A stretch of DNA of 38,837 bases, from positions 1 through 38,837 of the IMG/VR virus record IMGVR_UViG_3300035492_000219; one strand, 5' to 3'. The position numbers were made by a program, and so were the translations under genes. Shown piece by piece: positions 7,663 through 16,242 of the stretch. Source of the stretch: a virus. The notes under the pieces are model-generated. The model was given only the letters and a program-made list of their open reading frames with translations. It was not told where the DNA came from and searched no databases. Positions within the stretch are counted from its first letter, which is position 1. Every line of letters starts with the position of its first letter.

Positions 7663-10600
7663 TAACGTCTCCCGTTCAGGTGGCGGCCGATGGCGCCATC
7701 GGTGCGCAGATCGCGCGCGAGCAACTGCTGGTAACGCTGGTCGACAAAGCGGCCGATATCGGCACCGAACTGCTCCATGCCGGCCGGCGTTTCCACCTCG
7801 GCGCCGCCCTCGTTGGTGATGCTGATATGCACCACCGGCGCCGCCCCGCCAGTGCGGGCGGCGTCATTGGCGGCCGGCTGGCGGGACAGGAAGGCTTTCA
7901 GGTCGCCGTTCGTGCGCCGATCCACCACGCGCTCGCCCTGATCCAGAAGCCAGGTGCCTTCGCGCGGGATGTTGTCGATGCCGTCATGCGCCATGCCCAT
8001 GATCGAGGTGGCAGCGATCATGCCCACCGAGGCATACCCCAGCCCGCGGATGATGCCCGCCATAGTGCCAGTGGGATCAATGGTTAGCGCCTTGGTGGCC
8101 GCAACTTCCGTGTTCACCACTGCCTGGGCGATCGATGCCGCCTTGCTGGCCAAAAACATCACCTTGTAAGCCGCCGAGCCTTCGCCGGCCAGTTGCTTCA
8201 TCATGTCCGCAGCCTGGCCCGTCACGTCCGCAAACATGCCAAGCGTGGCGACCTTGTAGGCATCGCCAAGGCTGGCCAGCTTGTCGTTATTGGTGGCGGT
8301 GATTTCGGCCACGCGCTCGGCGTGCTGCGTCTCGTTGATCAGCTTTTCGTCGAGGAACGCTTTCTGCCGGGCCAGCTCCTGCTCGCGCCACTTGGCCAGC
8401 TCCTGCTCGGCCTGCGCCACCTTCACCAGCTCGCCGGCCGGGCCGCCTACGCTGGCGTCCAGGCCGCCGAAGGGCGGCGCCTTGCTGATGGCCGCTTTGC
8501 TGAACTGGTCGCGCGCAGCGTCGTACTGCTCGGGCGTCACCCCGCCGGCGGCGCGGGCTTCGTTGAGCAGGCGCACACGCTCGCGCATCTGCGACAGCAG
8601 CCGTTCCTCGGCGGTCTGCGCGCCCTCCATCAGGCTCTTGTATGCCTGCTGGGCATCGAGCGCATCCTTGGCCGCGGCAGCCCGTTCGAGTTCGCTTTTC
8701 TGCGCCGCCGTCAGCGCCTTTAGCTCGCCTTCGGTGGTCGCGTAGCGGATGCGCGCAAGCTCGGTGCTTTGCCCGTGCATGGCGACCTGCTGCTGCAGGG
8801 TGGCCAGGGTGCGGGCGTGGGCGTCGTTCAGCTGCTTGACCGCCCGCGCGGCTTCCTCGGCGCTGCTCTTGGCGGCGCGGGCGGCTTCCTCGCGGGCGGT
8901 TTTCAGCTTCTGCTCAGCGTCCACCGCGGCAGCGGCGGCACGGGCGCGCTCGGCCAGGGCACGGCCGGCGGCGGTGTCCTCCAGGCCATCGGCCGCAATC
9001 TGCCGGTTGACCTCGCCCAGGGCGCTGGCGTCCTTGAGCTTGGCGGTTTGCTCGGCCAGGTTGGCGATTTTCTTTTCCCAGCCGCTGGCCAGTTCGGGCG
9101 ACAGGCTGACCACGTTTTCCATGGCCGCGCCAAGGCCCTGCATCTGACCTTGCAGCTCGTTCGCGCTAGCGCCGGCCTGGCGGCTCTGCGCGATCAGTTC
9201 GACGTAGCTGGCAGCCAGCTGCTCGATCTGCGCGCGCAGTTCCTCGCTCGGCCCCACGGCCTCGATAAGCGCCTGGGTCGCCTCGTCCACATCCATGCCG
9301 GCACGCACGCGCGTACCGAACTGCTTGGTAGCCGCTACGCGGTCACGCCGCGAGGCGGTGAAGTTGTTGCTGTACAGGTCCGGCGCGCTGGTGATCTGGC
9401 CAATCCCGGCCAGGGCATCGCGCGCCGCCTGCTGGGCCTGCGCCTGCTGCTGCAACAGGTTGTTGATCATCGGCCGGCGCTGGACGTCGGCGAGCTTTTC
9501 CCATTCCTCGCGCAGCTCGGCGATAGGGCGCTTGAGATCCACTGCGGCGGTGGCGGCCTTGTCGCCGTGATCGGCGAACAGCAGGAAACTGGCCGCCGTA
9601 CCGGCCGCCAGAATGGCCAGCCCCATCGGGCCGCCCAAGGCGCCGAGCAGCCCGGAAACGGCGCGGCTGCCCACGGCCGCGGCGCGGCTGTAGGCGGTCT
9701 GTGCCGTGGCCTGGGCCAGGGTCGCCTCGCGGTCGGCCAGCTTGGCCAGGCGCAGGCGCGACAGCGCGGCGGTGTGGGCATCGGTAAAGCGCGTCGCCTG
9801 GGCGTGCGCCTGGGCGCTGGCGAGTTCGGCCTGGGTATGCCGCACCGCCATATTGGCGGCGTCGAGCTGGGCTTTCGCGCGGCCGACGTTGGCGCCAATG
9901 GATGCGCGCACGGCGTTGATTTCCGCCAGCAGCGCGGCGGTCGAGGTAGCCGCCCACTTGGTCAGCCCACCGGCGCCGACCGCCAGCACCGCCACGGCCA
10001 GGCCGTCGAGGTTGTCGGTCAGCAGGTTGATCAGTTCGGCCAGGTTGGCGGTGGCGCCGCTGGCTTCGTTCTGCTCACCCAGCCAGCGGGCGTAATGGTT
10101 GGACAGCCGGGTAAGCGCATCGGCCACCGTGGTCGGCATGGCCTCGGTCTTGTCGGCAAGTTCCTGCTGCTTGCTGATCAGCGCGGGCAGCCACTTCGAG
10201 GTGACCAGCTCGCCATTGCGCGCCATGTTTTCCAGTTCGGCGCTGGTGACGCCCAGGGCCTCGGCCAGGGCTTCGACGATGGCCGGGGCCTTGGTCAGCA
10301 TGGCCTGCCACTGGTCGCCCTGCAGCTTGCCCAGCGCGACCGCCTCGCCCGCGGCCTTGATGACCTCGGTGGTGCTTTCGGCGTTGGTCGCGCTCAGCGT
10401 GAGGCCCGAGGCCAGCACGTCGACAAAGCCGGTGACGGTTTCGGTCGAGTAGCCGAGGTCGCGCATGCGCTTGGCCGAGGTGATGAACAGTTCGGCTTGG
10501 TCGCTGTAACGCTTGTAGGTCCGGTCGCTGATCTCCATCAGCTTCTCGGAGACGGCGCGGTATTCCTCCTGCGAGGCGGTGGCCATCTTCAGGCGCGACG

Positions 10601-10895
10601 CCACCTGCCCCCAGTTGTCGGCCTCGGCCACGGCATTGCCGACCGCCAGCGCGCCGAGCATGGCGCGGGCGTAGTTGCCGGCGTTGGCCGTCAGCTCGGC
10701 CAGGGCGCTGTTCTGCGCCTGAATCGCCGCCTGCTGCGCCCGCCACCCGGCCGCGGCCTGGCGGTTGCCGTCACCGATGGTGCGCAGGTAGTTGGCCCCC
10801 ATGCGGCTGGCTCGCGCCATTTCCCGCTGATAGGAACTGGTTTCAGCCGAAACGCTGACCACCAGCGAGCGGAGCGTTTGTCCAGACATGGGCAT
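7662..10895 (-). CDS. Tail tape measure protein
   Basis: 1077 aa, Ala/Gln/Glu-rich and helical with hydrophobic Gly/Ala stretches. Position between the chaperones and gpM. Confidence 0.9.
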   Translation of the reverse strand: MPMSGQTLRSLVVSVSAETSSYQREMARASRMGANYLRTIGDGNRQAAAGWRAQQAAIQAQNSALAELTANAGNYARAMLGALAVGNAVAEADNWGQVASRLKMATASQEEYRAVSEKLMEISDRTYKRYSDQAELFITSAKRMRDLGYSTETVTGFVDVLASGLTLSATNAESTTEVIKAAGEAVALGKLQGDQWQAMLTKAPAIVEALAEALGVTSAELENMARNGELVTSKWLPALISKQQELADKTEAMPTTVADALTRLSNHYARWLGEQNEASGATANLAELINLLTDNLDGLAVAVLAVGAGGLTKWAATSTAALLAEINAVRASIGANVGRAKAQLDAANMAVRHTQAELASAQAHAQATRFTDAHTAALSRLRLAKLADREATLAQATAQTAYSRAAAVGSRAVSGLLGALGGPMGLAILAAGTAASFLLFADHGDKAATAAVDLKRPIAELREEWEKLADVQRRPMINNLLQQQAQAQQAARDALAGIGQITSAPDLYSNNFTASRRDRVAATKQFGTRVRAGMDVDEATQALIEAVGPSEELRAQIEQLAASYVELIAQSRQAGASANELQGQMQGLGAAMENVVSLSPELASGWEKKIANLAEQTAKLKDASALGEVNRQIAADGLEDTAAGRALAERARAAAAAVDAEQKLKTAREEAARAAKSSAEEAARAVKQLNDAHARTLATLQQQVAMHGQSTELARIRYATTEGELKALTAAQKSELERAAAAKDALDAQQAYKSLMEGAQTAEERLLSQMRERVRLLNEARAAGGVTPEQYDAARDQFSKAAISKAPPFGGLDASVGGPAGELVKVAQAEQELAKWREQELARQKAFLDEKLINETQHAERVAEITATNNDKLASLGDAYKVATLGMFADVTGQAADMMKQLAGEGSAAYKVMFLASKAASIAQAVVNTEVAATKALTIDPTGTMAGIIRGLGYASVGMIAATSIMGMAHDGIDNIPREGTWLLDQGERVVDRRTNGDLKAFLSRQPAANDAARTGGAAPVVHISITNEGGAEVETPAGMEQFGADIGRFVDQRYQQLLARDLRTDGAIGRHLNGRR

Positions 10896-10902
10896 TCCTC
10901 AG

Positions 10903-10933
10903 AAACAGAAAAGCCCGCACGGGGCGGGCTTTT
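10903..10933 (-). terminator. Hairpin plus U-tract between the secreted-protein gene and the tape measure start
   Basis: Minus strand: AGCCCGC-cccgt-GCGGGCT then TTTTCTGTTTCTGAGGAATGCCCATG. Member of the repeated junction element. Confidence 0.5.
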
Positions 10934-10954
10934 GGGCGTGACGGGTAACGCGGG

Positions 10955-11320
10955 CTATTCGAGCTTTGCGCGCAATCGCGTCAGGCAGTCGTTCAGGTGG
11001 TCGAGCGCGGCGGGGTGCGGTTCCAGTTCGCCGGCATACACGCGCCGAGCCACCGGCCCGGCGGGCGTCTGGTCGAAGGTCGGCCCGGCCTTGTCGAGCG
11101 TCAGGCCGCGGGCCTTGGCCTCGGCGGCCAGGGTGACGACGCGCGCCTGATCCTGGCAGGCGGTGATGCCGGCGGCGTAGGCACCGCCGAGCATGGTTTT
11201 GGATAGCTCCATACCGGCACGCATGCCGGCGTCGTAGCCGTCCGCCGGGGCGGCCAGGGCCAGCGCGGAAAAGGTCAGGCCGGCGAGGCAGCCCAGGGCC
11301 GCGGTTAACAGTCGTTTCAT
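10955..11320 (-). CDS. Secreted small protein (signal peptide), moron-position gene between G-T and tape measure
   Basis: MKRLLTAALGCLAGLTFSALALA|APADG is a classic Sec signal with an AxA site. The ATG overlaps the T-frame stop (ATGA at 11317-11320). Confidence 0.7.
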   Translation of the reverse strand: MKRLLTAALGCLAGLTFSALALAAPADGYDAGMRAGMELSKTMLGGAYAAGITACQDQARVVTLAAEAKARGLTLDKAGPTFDQTPAGPVARRVYAGELEPHPAALDHLNDCLTRLRAKLE

Positions 11321-12161
11321 TGCGGGTGTTGCTCCTTGTTGGGTGTTGCGTTGGCTTCGCTCGCTGTCACGGCCGCACGGCCGCGCAGGAAGGCGAAGAA
11401 GGTTTCGGCAGCGTCTGCCGGTTCCGCATCCTCGGGCGCCTGTTCGTCGCTGACACGCGCCCAGGGCGGCAGCATGTCGGCCGCGGAAACTTTCGCCCCG
11501 GCCGCCTGCAGCGGTGCCGCGGCGATGATGGCCCCCATGACATCATGCCGCATATCGCCGATGGGCGATTCGCGGTCATAGGCACGCCACATGTTGAATT
11601 CCTCGACGGGCATCTGATCCAGCTCGCCGAGGGTCTTGCCCAGGCGAAGGCACAGGGTCAGCGCGAAGGCTAACCCAGGCTCCGCCTTTAGCCGTTTCCC
11701 GCTTCGTCCACCGGATCGGGTGGCGCCTCGCCCTTCTCGGCCATGCCGATGCCGCTCAGCTCGAAGGCCTTGGCGGCGAGGCGGTCATGCACGGCGGAAA
11801 AGGTCGCAGCCACCTCGGCCACGTCCTTGGCGCGCTGGACCGGCTCAGCACTGAACACCGGGGCGCGGTTCTCGTCGTGCAGACTGACCACCACCACGAA
11901 CGCATAGAGCGCGTCGATGCCGAAGGCTTCCCAGGGCTCGCGCTCGCGCTCGGCAGCGGGCTGGGCATCACCCTCGGCCTGCGCCGGCGACAGCAGGGCC
12001 GCCATGCGGTTGTACTCGCGCCACTCGCCGAGTTTCAGGCCGCGCACCACGACCTTGGCGCCCCATTCGGGCACATCGACGACTTCGCTTTTCAGGTTGC
12101 GGAACGGGTCCACCACCTGGGCGCGCAGCGAGGCGGCGGGCGCCGCCTTGCGGGCCGCCAT
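11317..12161 (-). CDS. Tail assembly chaperone G-T fusion made by a programmed -1 frameshift
   Basis: After a -1 slip on G GGA AAC, the reading continues GKRLKAEPGLAFALTLCLRLGKTLGELDQMPVEEFNMWRAYDRESPIG.., in frame with track ORF 11317..11613. Confidence 0.75.
11688..12161 (-). CDS. Tail assembly chaperone G
   Basis: 157-aa acidic ORF directly after the tail tube gene, ending ..DEAGNG with the slippery GGGAAAC in its last codons. Confidence 0.8.
   Translation of the reverse strand: MAARKAAPAASLRAQVVDPFRNLKSEVVDVPEWGAKVVVRGLKLGEWREYNRMAALLSPAQAEGDAQPAAEREREPWEAFGIDALYAFVVVVSLHDENRAPVFSAEPVQRAKDVAEVAATFSAVHDRLAAKAFELSGIGMAEKGEAPPDPVDEAGNG
11694..11700 (-). other. Slippery heptamer GGGAAAC (X XXY YYZ) for the G/G-T frameshift
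   Basis: Plus strand gtttccc at 11694-11700, 4 nt before the G stop codon (11688-11690). Confidence 0.75.
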
Positions 12162-12622
12162 TACGGCGTCACCACGGGATCAGCCCAGATCACCGCGCCG
12201 CTCACGCGCACCATGAAGGTGGCAGCCAGAATGCCGCCGGCGCCGGCTTTGTAGGTGTACTGCTTGACGAAGCCGAGAAACTTGCCGGTCGATCCGTCCT
12301 TGTGCTTGATCTGGAAGGCGCGCAGGCCGGCATCGCCCTTGGCCTTCATCACAGTCTTATGCGCCGGGTCGGTTTGCGCCCAGTTGCCAGCCAGGGTGAC
12401 GTTGGCCGAGTCGGACAGGCCACCTTCGTATTCCTTGACGTCACTGGCAAAGGTGGTGGTTTCATGCTCGTCGGTCTGGCCGTCCTGCAGGTCGATATCT
12501 TTGATGATTACATTCAGCTCGACGTATTCCAGACCCGCGGCGGCGGGGTCGGTTTGCACGGTATCAGTCATGCCCAGCTGCAGGCCAAGCGCCGACTGGC
12601 TTTTCGATTTCTTCTCGCTCAT
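12161..12622 (-). CDS. Major tail (tube) protein
   Basis: 153-aa ORF between the tail terminator-like gene and chaperone G. Composition (..LAGNWAQTDPAHKTVMKAK..FQIKHKDGS..) is typical of small siphovirus tube proteins. Confidence 0.75.
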   Translation of the reverse strand: MSEKKSKSQSALGLQLGMTDTVQTDPAAAGLEYVELNVIIKDIDLQDGQTDEHETTTFASDVKEYEGGLSDSANVTLAGNWAQTDPAHKTVMKAKGDAGLRAFQIKHKDGSTGKFLGFVKQYTYKAGAGGILAATFMVRVSGAVIWADPVVTP

Positions 12623-12628
12623 GCGGGG

Positions 12629-12982
12629 TTACTCCTCGGGGGTTAGGGTGTATTCCCAGCGGATGCCATAGAGGTCGCTTTCGCGGTCATCGGGCAGGCG
12701 CTGGACGCCGCCGCAGCCAAAGCCGGGCGCCGGGTAGCGGGTCAGTTCGTCGAAGGCGGCCTTGGCCAATTGCAGGGCCTGCAGGTGTTCGGCGGCCCAT
12801 ACGTCGACCTGCACCTGGGCGCGCGCGGAGCCATCCGGCCCGCCGAAGGTGAAGCCCTCGGTGCCGCCGACAATGGTGTAAGTGATGTAAGGCCTCACGG
12901 TGTCCGCGGGCGCGACGCCCGCAAACACCCGCCCAGCCGCCAGCGGGCCCAGGCGGGCATATAGCGATTCTTCCAAGAACAT
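12629..12982 (-). CDS. Tail completion / terminator-like protein (DUF3168-like)
   Basis: ..RVFAGVAPADTVRPYITYTIVGG..QVQVDVWA.. pattern and position. Confidence 0.65.
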   Translation of the reverse strand: MFLEESLYARLGPLAAGRVFAGVAPADTVRPYITYTIVGGTEGFTFGGPDGSARAQVQVDVWAAEHLQALQLAKAAFDELTRYPAPGFGCGGVQRLPDDRESDLYGIRWEYTLTPEE

Positions 12983-12990
12983 TGGCTGCC

Positions 12991-13407
12991 TCAGAGGCCG
13001 GTGATGGCCTTGTCGATGCCAGCCGCCAGGCGGCTGATGGTCGCGCCCTCGATCATGGGCAGGGCGGCGTCCCAGGTTGGGCGGATGAACGGGGCCGCGA
13101 GCATGTGGCGCGTGCCCAGCTCAATGAACTTCCAGTAAAACGGGGCCTGCTTGTCGCTGCGCGGTGCGCTGATCCTGACGCCTGCAACAGCTTCGCCAGG
13201 GGTATCGCTGCGCCGCGCCACGCTGGCCACGGTGCCGCGCTTGAGCCTGCCGGTTCGCACCGGCGCGGACTCGCGCACCTTGTCGCGCGCCACCCGAGCA
13301 CCGGCCAGCACGGCCTCGCGTGCCACCTTGCGCTGCAGGGCCTGGCTCAGCTCCAGAAAGTCATCGGCCAGGGCATCGAGGCCGATCACGTCTAGTGATA
13401 CGTCCAT
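12991..13407 (-). CDS. HK97 gp10-family neck/tail component
   Basis: ..SAPVRTGRLKRG..APFYWKFIELGTRHMLAAPFIRPT.. is the gp10-family signature. Confidence 0.8.
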   Translation of the reverse strand: MDVSLDVIGLDALADDFLELSQALQRKVAREAVLAGARVARDKVRESAPVRTGRLKRGTVASVARRSDTPGEAVAGVRISAPRSDKQAPFYWKFIELGTRHMLAAPFIRPTWDAALPMIEGATISRLAAGIDKAITGL

Positions 13408-13682
13408 CAGCAGCGGCCGCCGTGCTTGCTCTGCAGGTACTCAAGCAAAGCAAGCTCTAGCGATTCAGGGAGGTCGGAGCCGTCGACGCACACAGCGCCG
13501 CGCGACTCAATCCGCACCGCGCCGGCGTGCAGGGTCAGGCTGGCAGTCGACGCATTGTTAGCTTTATGCGTGACAGTAACGGCGCTGCACATTCGGGAGA
13601 TATTCAGCCCATCCAGCTCGACGCGGGCGCGCGTGCCCTCGCCTATCACGACAATCTGCGCCGGCTTCTTCTGCTTGATCAT
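13407..13682 (-). CDS. Hypothetical 91-aa protein inserted in the head-tail joining module
   Basis: The ATG at 13682 overlaps the upstream stop (ATGA). MIKQKKPAQIVVIGEGTRARVELDGLNISRM.. No recognised family. Confidence 0.55.
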   Translation of the reverse strand: MIKQKKPAQIVVIGEGTRARVELDGLNISRMCSAVTVTHKANNASTASLTLHAGAVRIESRGAVCVDGSDLPESLELALLEYLQSKHGGRC

Positions 13683-13987
13683 GGTTTCACCGTCTTGCAC
13701 ATCAGGCGCAGCCACTGGCGGCGTTCATCCGGCAGCGGGGCGACGATTTCCAGGGTGATGCCGTGATGCGTCACGCGCAGCCCGGCGGTAATGTCTGCGC
13801 GGTAGCGCATGCGAATCTCGAAGGTGACCTCCGACTGCTCGGCGCCTGCAGCCAGAAACGCCCGACCGGAAACACCCTTGACCTCGGCCCAGGGCCGGCA
13901 CAGCGGCTGCCAGGCCTTGACCGGGGCGCCGGTAGGGCCGGGCGCCGAACTCTCGCGCTCGATCAGGATGCGGTCGCGCAGGCTCAT
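13679..13987 (-). CDS. Head-tail adaptor / head closure protein
   Basis: MSLRDRILIERES..WAEVKGVSGRAFLAAGAEQSEVTFEIRMRYRADI..LRLMC matches the head-tail joining family pattern. Confidence 0.8.
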   Translation of the reverse strand: MSLRDRILIERESSAPGPTGAPVKAWQPLCRPWAEVKGVSGRAFLAAGAEQSEVTFEIRMRYRADITAGLRVTHHGITLEIVAPLPDERRQWLRLMCKTVKP

Positions 13988-14325
13988 AGGTTTACCCAGC
14001 GGTAATGATCAGTCAGGAAGCGGTAACCCAGCGGAATCTCGCTGGTGATGTTGCCGACGTTGACCGCCGACGGGTTGTCGAACCAGTGCGCCACCATCAT
14101 CAGCATGGCCAGCTGGATATCCTCGTTGGCCTGCAGGGCGTTCTCCGGTGCATCGGCCGGCAGGTCGACGCCCGGCGGATACAGCTTGCGCCCCGTGCCC
14201 GCCTCGATAGCCCGAAAGGCCGCCTTGGCGTACAGCTGCAGGGTGCCGTCGAGCGAGGCGTCATCGGGCTCTAAGCGGGCCTGAATGCGCAGCTGTTCAG
14301 CGGTGACGTATTGGGTCAGGTCCAT
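13984..14325 (-). CDS. gp6-like head-tail connector protein
   Basis: ..TAEQLRIQARLEPDDASLDGTLQLYAKAAFRAIEAGTGRKL.. is the typical connector opening. Confidence 0.8.
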   Translation of the reverse strand: MDLTQYVTAEQLRIQARLEPDDASLDGTLQLYAKAAFRAIEAGTGRKLYPPGVDLPADAPENALQANEDIQLAMLMMVAHWFDNPSAVNVGNITSEIPLGYRFLTDHYRWVNL

Positions 14326-14364
14326 GGCTGACAGGGGCGATTGCTCGCCCCTGCTCCGGTGGGG

Positions 14365-15570
14365 TTAGCCCGCGGCCTGCTGCAGCAGCTTGACCGCCTG
14401 CGAGTTCTCCAGCATGCCGCCCACGCGCTTGGTGGTGTAGAAGCCTACAAACGGCTTGTTGGTGTAGGGATCGCGCAGCACGCGGGTGCCGATGCGGTCG
14501 AGGATGGTGTAAGCCCGCTTGAAATTGCCGAAGGCGATACCCTGGGCGCCTGCTGCCAGGTCGGGCATTTCCTCGTTCTCGGCGATGCCGTAGCCGAGCA
14601 GCACGGACGGGGCGTCCATTTCCAGGCCAGGACGCCACAGGTAGTTGCCCTGCGAGTCCTTGAGCAGGCGCACCGCCTGAACCGAAAGGCCGTTCATCAT
14701 CCACTTGGCGCCGTTGCGGTACGGCTTGCGCAGGGTGTGAACCAGCTTGATCAGGTCATCGGCTGTCACATTCACGCCGGCGGTGAGCAGGTGCTGCAGG
14801 GTGCCGAACGCGCGGGCGCTATCAGCCTCGGCAGTGGTCGCATGGGCGAACAGGCCTTTCGGCTTGTTGATGCCGTTGCCGTAGCTGAACGCCGCTTCTT
14901 CCTGCTCGGTGAAGTCGGTTTGCTGCTCGGTGGTCAGCCAGTCTTCGATGTTGAAAAACGCATCATCGAGCATGGTCTGCGTCGCCTGGGGGTTGGCATA
15001 CAGCTCGCCCCAGGTTGGCTTTACCTGGGCCAGCTTCGGCGTGGCAGTCGCCGGGCGGGCGTCCTGCTCGCCGACCCAGCCGCCACCGCCGCCGCCCAGG
15101 TTCGCGAGCTTCTGATAGCCCGCGCCGCCGACCGAGATAACGCGGCATTCCTGACGCATCACCACATCCTGACGGGCCAGCTCGATCAGAGTGCGGTCGA
15201 GTTCTTCCGGCACGGCAAAGCCGCCGTCTTCGTCGGTGCCAGTGTTCAGCGCCTTGCGTTCGAGTTCGCGCAGGCCGTCTTCGTTACCCTTGCGGATGAA
15301 GGCGCCGAAAGCGCTCTTATGCTCGGCCTGCTCCTTGCTCATACCGCCGCCACCGTTCGGGCGGTTGGCCTGCTTGAGCAGGGTTTCGAGCGAGCCTTTC
15401 ATTTCGTCCAGCTCGGACAGGCGCGCGTTGATCTTCTCGACGCCTTCGGCGAGCTTGCCTTTTTCCTGGGCGATGCCATCGAGGCGGGCATCGTTGGCTT
15501 TCTTGAACTGCTCGAAGCGGGCGCCAAGTTCCTCGGCGACCTGTTCGATATCTTGCTTATCTACGGCCAT
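14365..15570 (-). CDS. Major capsid protein, HK97 family
   Basis: 401 aa with an N-terminal coiled delta-like region, then the capsid fold region. Follows the prohead protease. Confidence 0.9.
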   Translation of the reverse strand: MAVDKQDIEQVAEELGARFEQFKKANDARLDGIAQEKGKLAEGVEKINARLSELDEMKGSLETLLKQANRPNGGGGMSKEQAEHKSAFGAFIRKGNEDGLRELERKALNTGTDEDGGFAVPEELDRTLIELARQDVVMRQECRVISVGGAGYQKLANLGGGGGGWVGEQDARPATATPKLAQVKPTWGELYANPQATQTMLDDAFFNIEDWLTTEQQTDFTEQEEAAFSYGNGINKPKGLFAHATTAEADSARAFGTLQHLLTAGVNVTADDLIKLVHTLRKPYRNGAKWMMNGLSVQAVRLLKDSQGNYLWRPGLEMDAPSVLLGYGIAENEEMPDLAAGAQGIAFGNFKRAYTILDRIGTRVLRDPYTNKPFVGFYTTKRVGGMLENSQAVKLLQQAAG

Positions 15571-15582
15571 GAATGGGCCTCC

Positions 15583-16242
15583 TTATGCTGTAGGGATTCG
15601 GTCAAGTAGGGTTTTCAGGGATTGCAGCGCACTGTCCGAATCCGCCTCGCGCGGGCGCAGACCGCTGTAGCCTTTGGCCATAAGGCCTTTGGCCTGGGTG
15701 TGCGATAGCCCTACCTCGCGCAGGGCTCGCTCCAGTTCTTTCGGCGCCGGGACTTCGCCGCGGGCCAGGGCCGATTTCACGTCGGTGACGCCGGCCGCTT
15801 CGTTCATCGGGAAGGTGACAACGGACACTTCCCACAGCTCGATTTCTTTGAGCAGGTAGGCGCCTTTTTCGTTGCTCCACTCCCAATCCTTGAGGATGTA
15901 GCCAATCGACAGCCCGGTGACGCTGCCGGCCAGCATGTGAGCATGGGCGCGCTTGGCCAGGGGATCGTCATCGATCAGCAGGCGGCCTTTCACATACAGG
16001 CCTTTTTCGTCCTCAAGCATTTCAGTGTGCGGGCCGATTGGCTCGTCGGTGTCGTGCTGCCAGAGCACGGGCGGCAGCTTGCCTTTCGCCTTCCACTCGG
16101 CCAGCGACTTGGTGAAGGCGCCCGGCAGCACGATATCGAGCCCGTGGTCCTTGACGCCGAAGACGGAGCCATACCCCTCGAACTCGCCGGTAGCGCTGAC
16201 CGCCTTGAGGTCGAGCGGGACGTTAAGTCTTTTGATTTCCAT
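15583..16242 (-). CDS. Prohead maturation protease, HK97 family
   Basis: ..GEFEGYGSVFGVKDHGLDIVLPGAFTKSL.. signature. Confidence 0.9.
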   Translation of the reverse strand: MEIKRLNVPLDLKAVSATGEFEGYGSVFGVKDHGLDIVLPGAFTKSLAEWKAKGKLPPVLWQHDTDEPIGPHTEMLEDEKGLYVKGRLLIDDDPLAKRAHAHMLAGSVTGLSIGYILKDWEWSNEKGAYLLKEIELWEVSVVTFPMNEAAGVTDVKSALARGEVPAPKELERALREVGLSHTQAKGLMAKGYSGLRPREADSDSALQSLKTLLDRIPTA

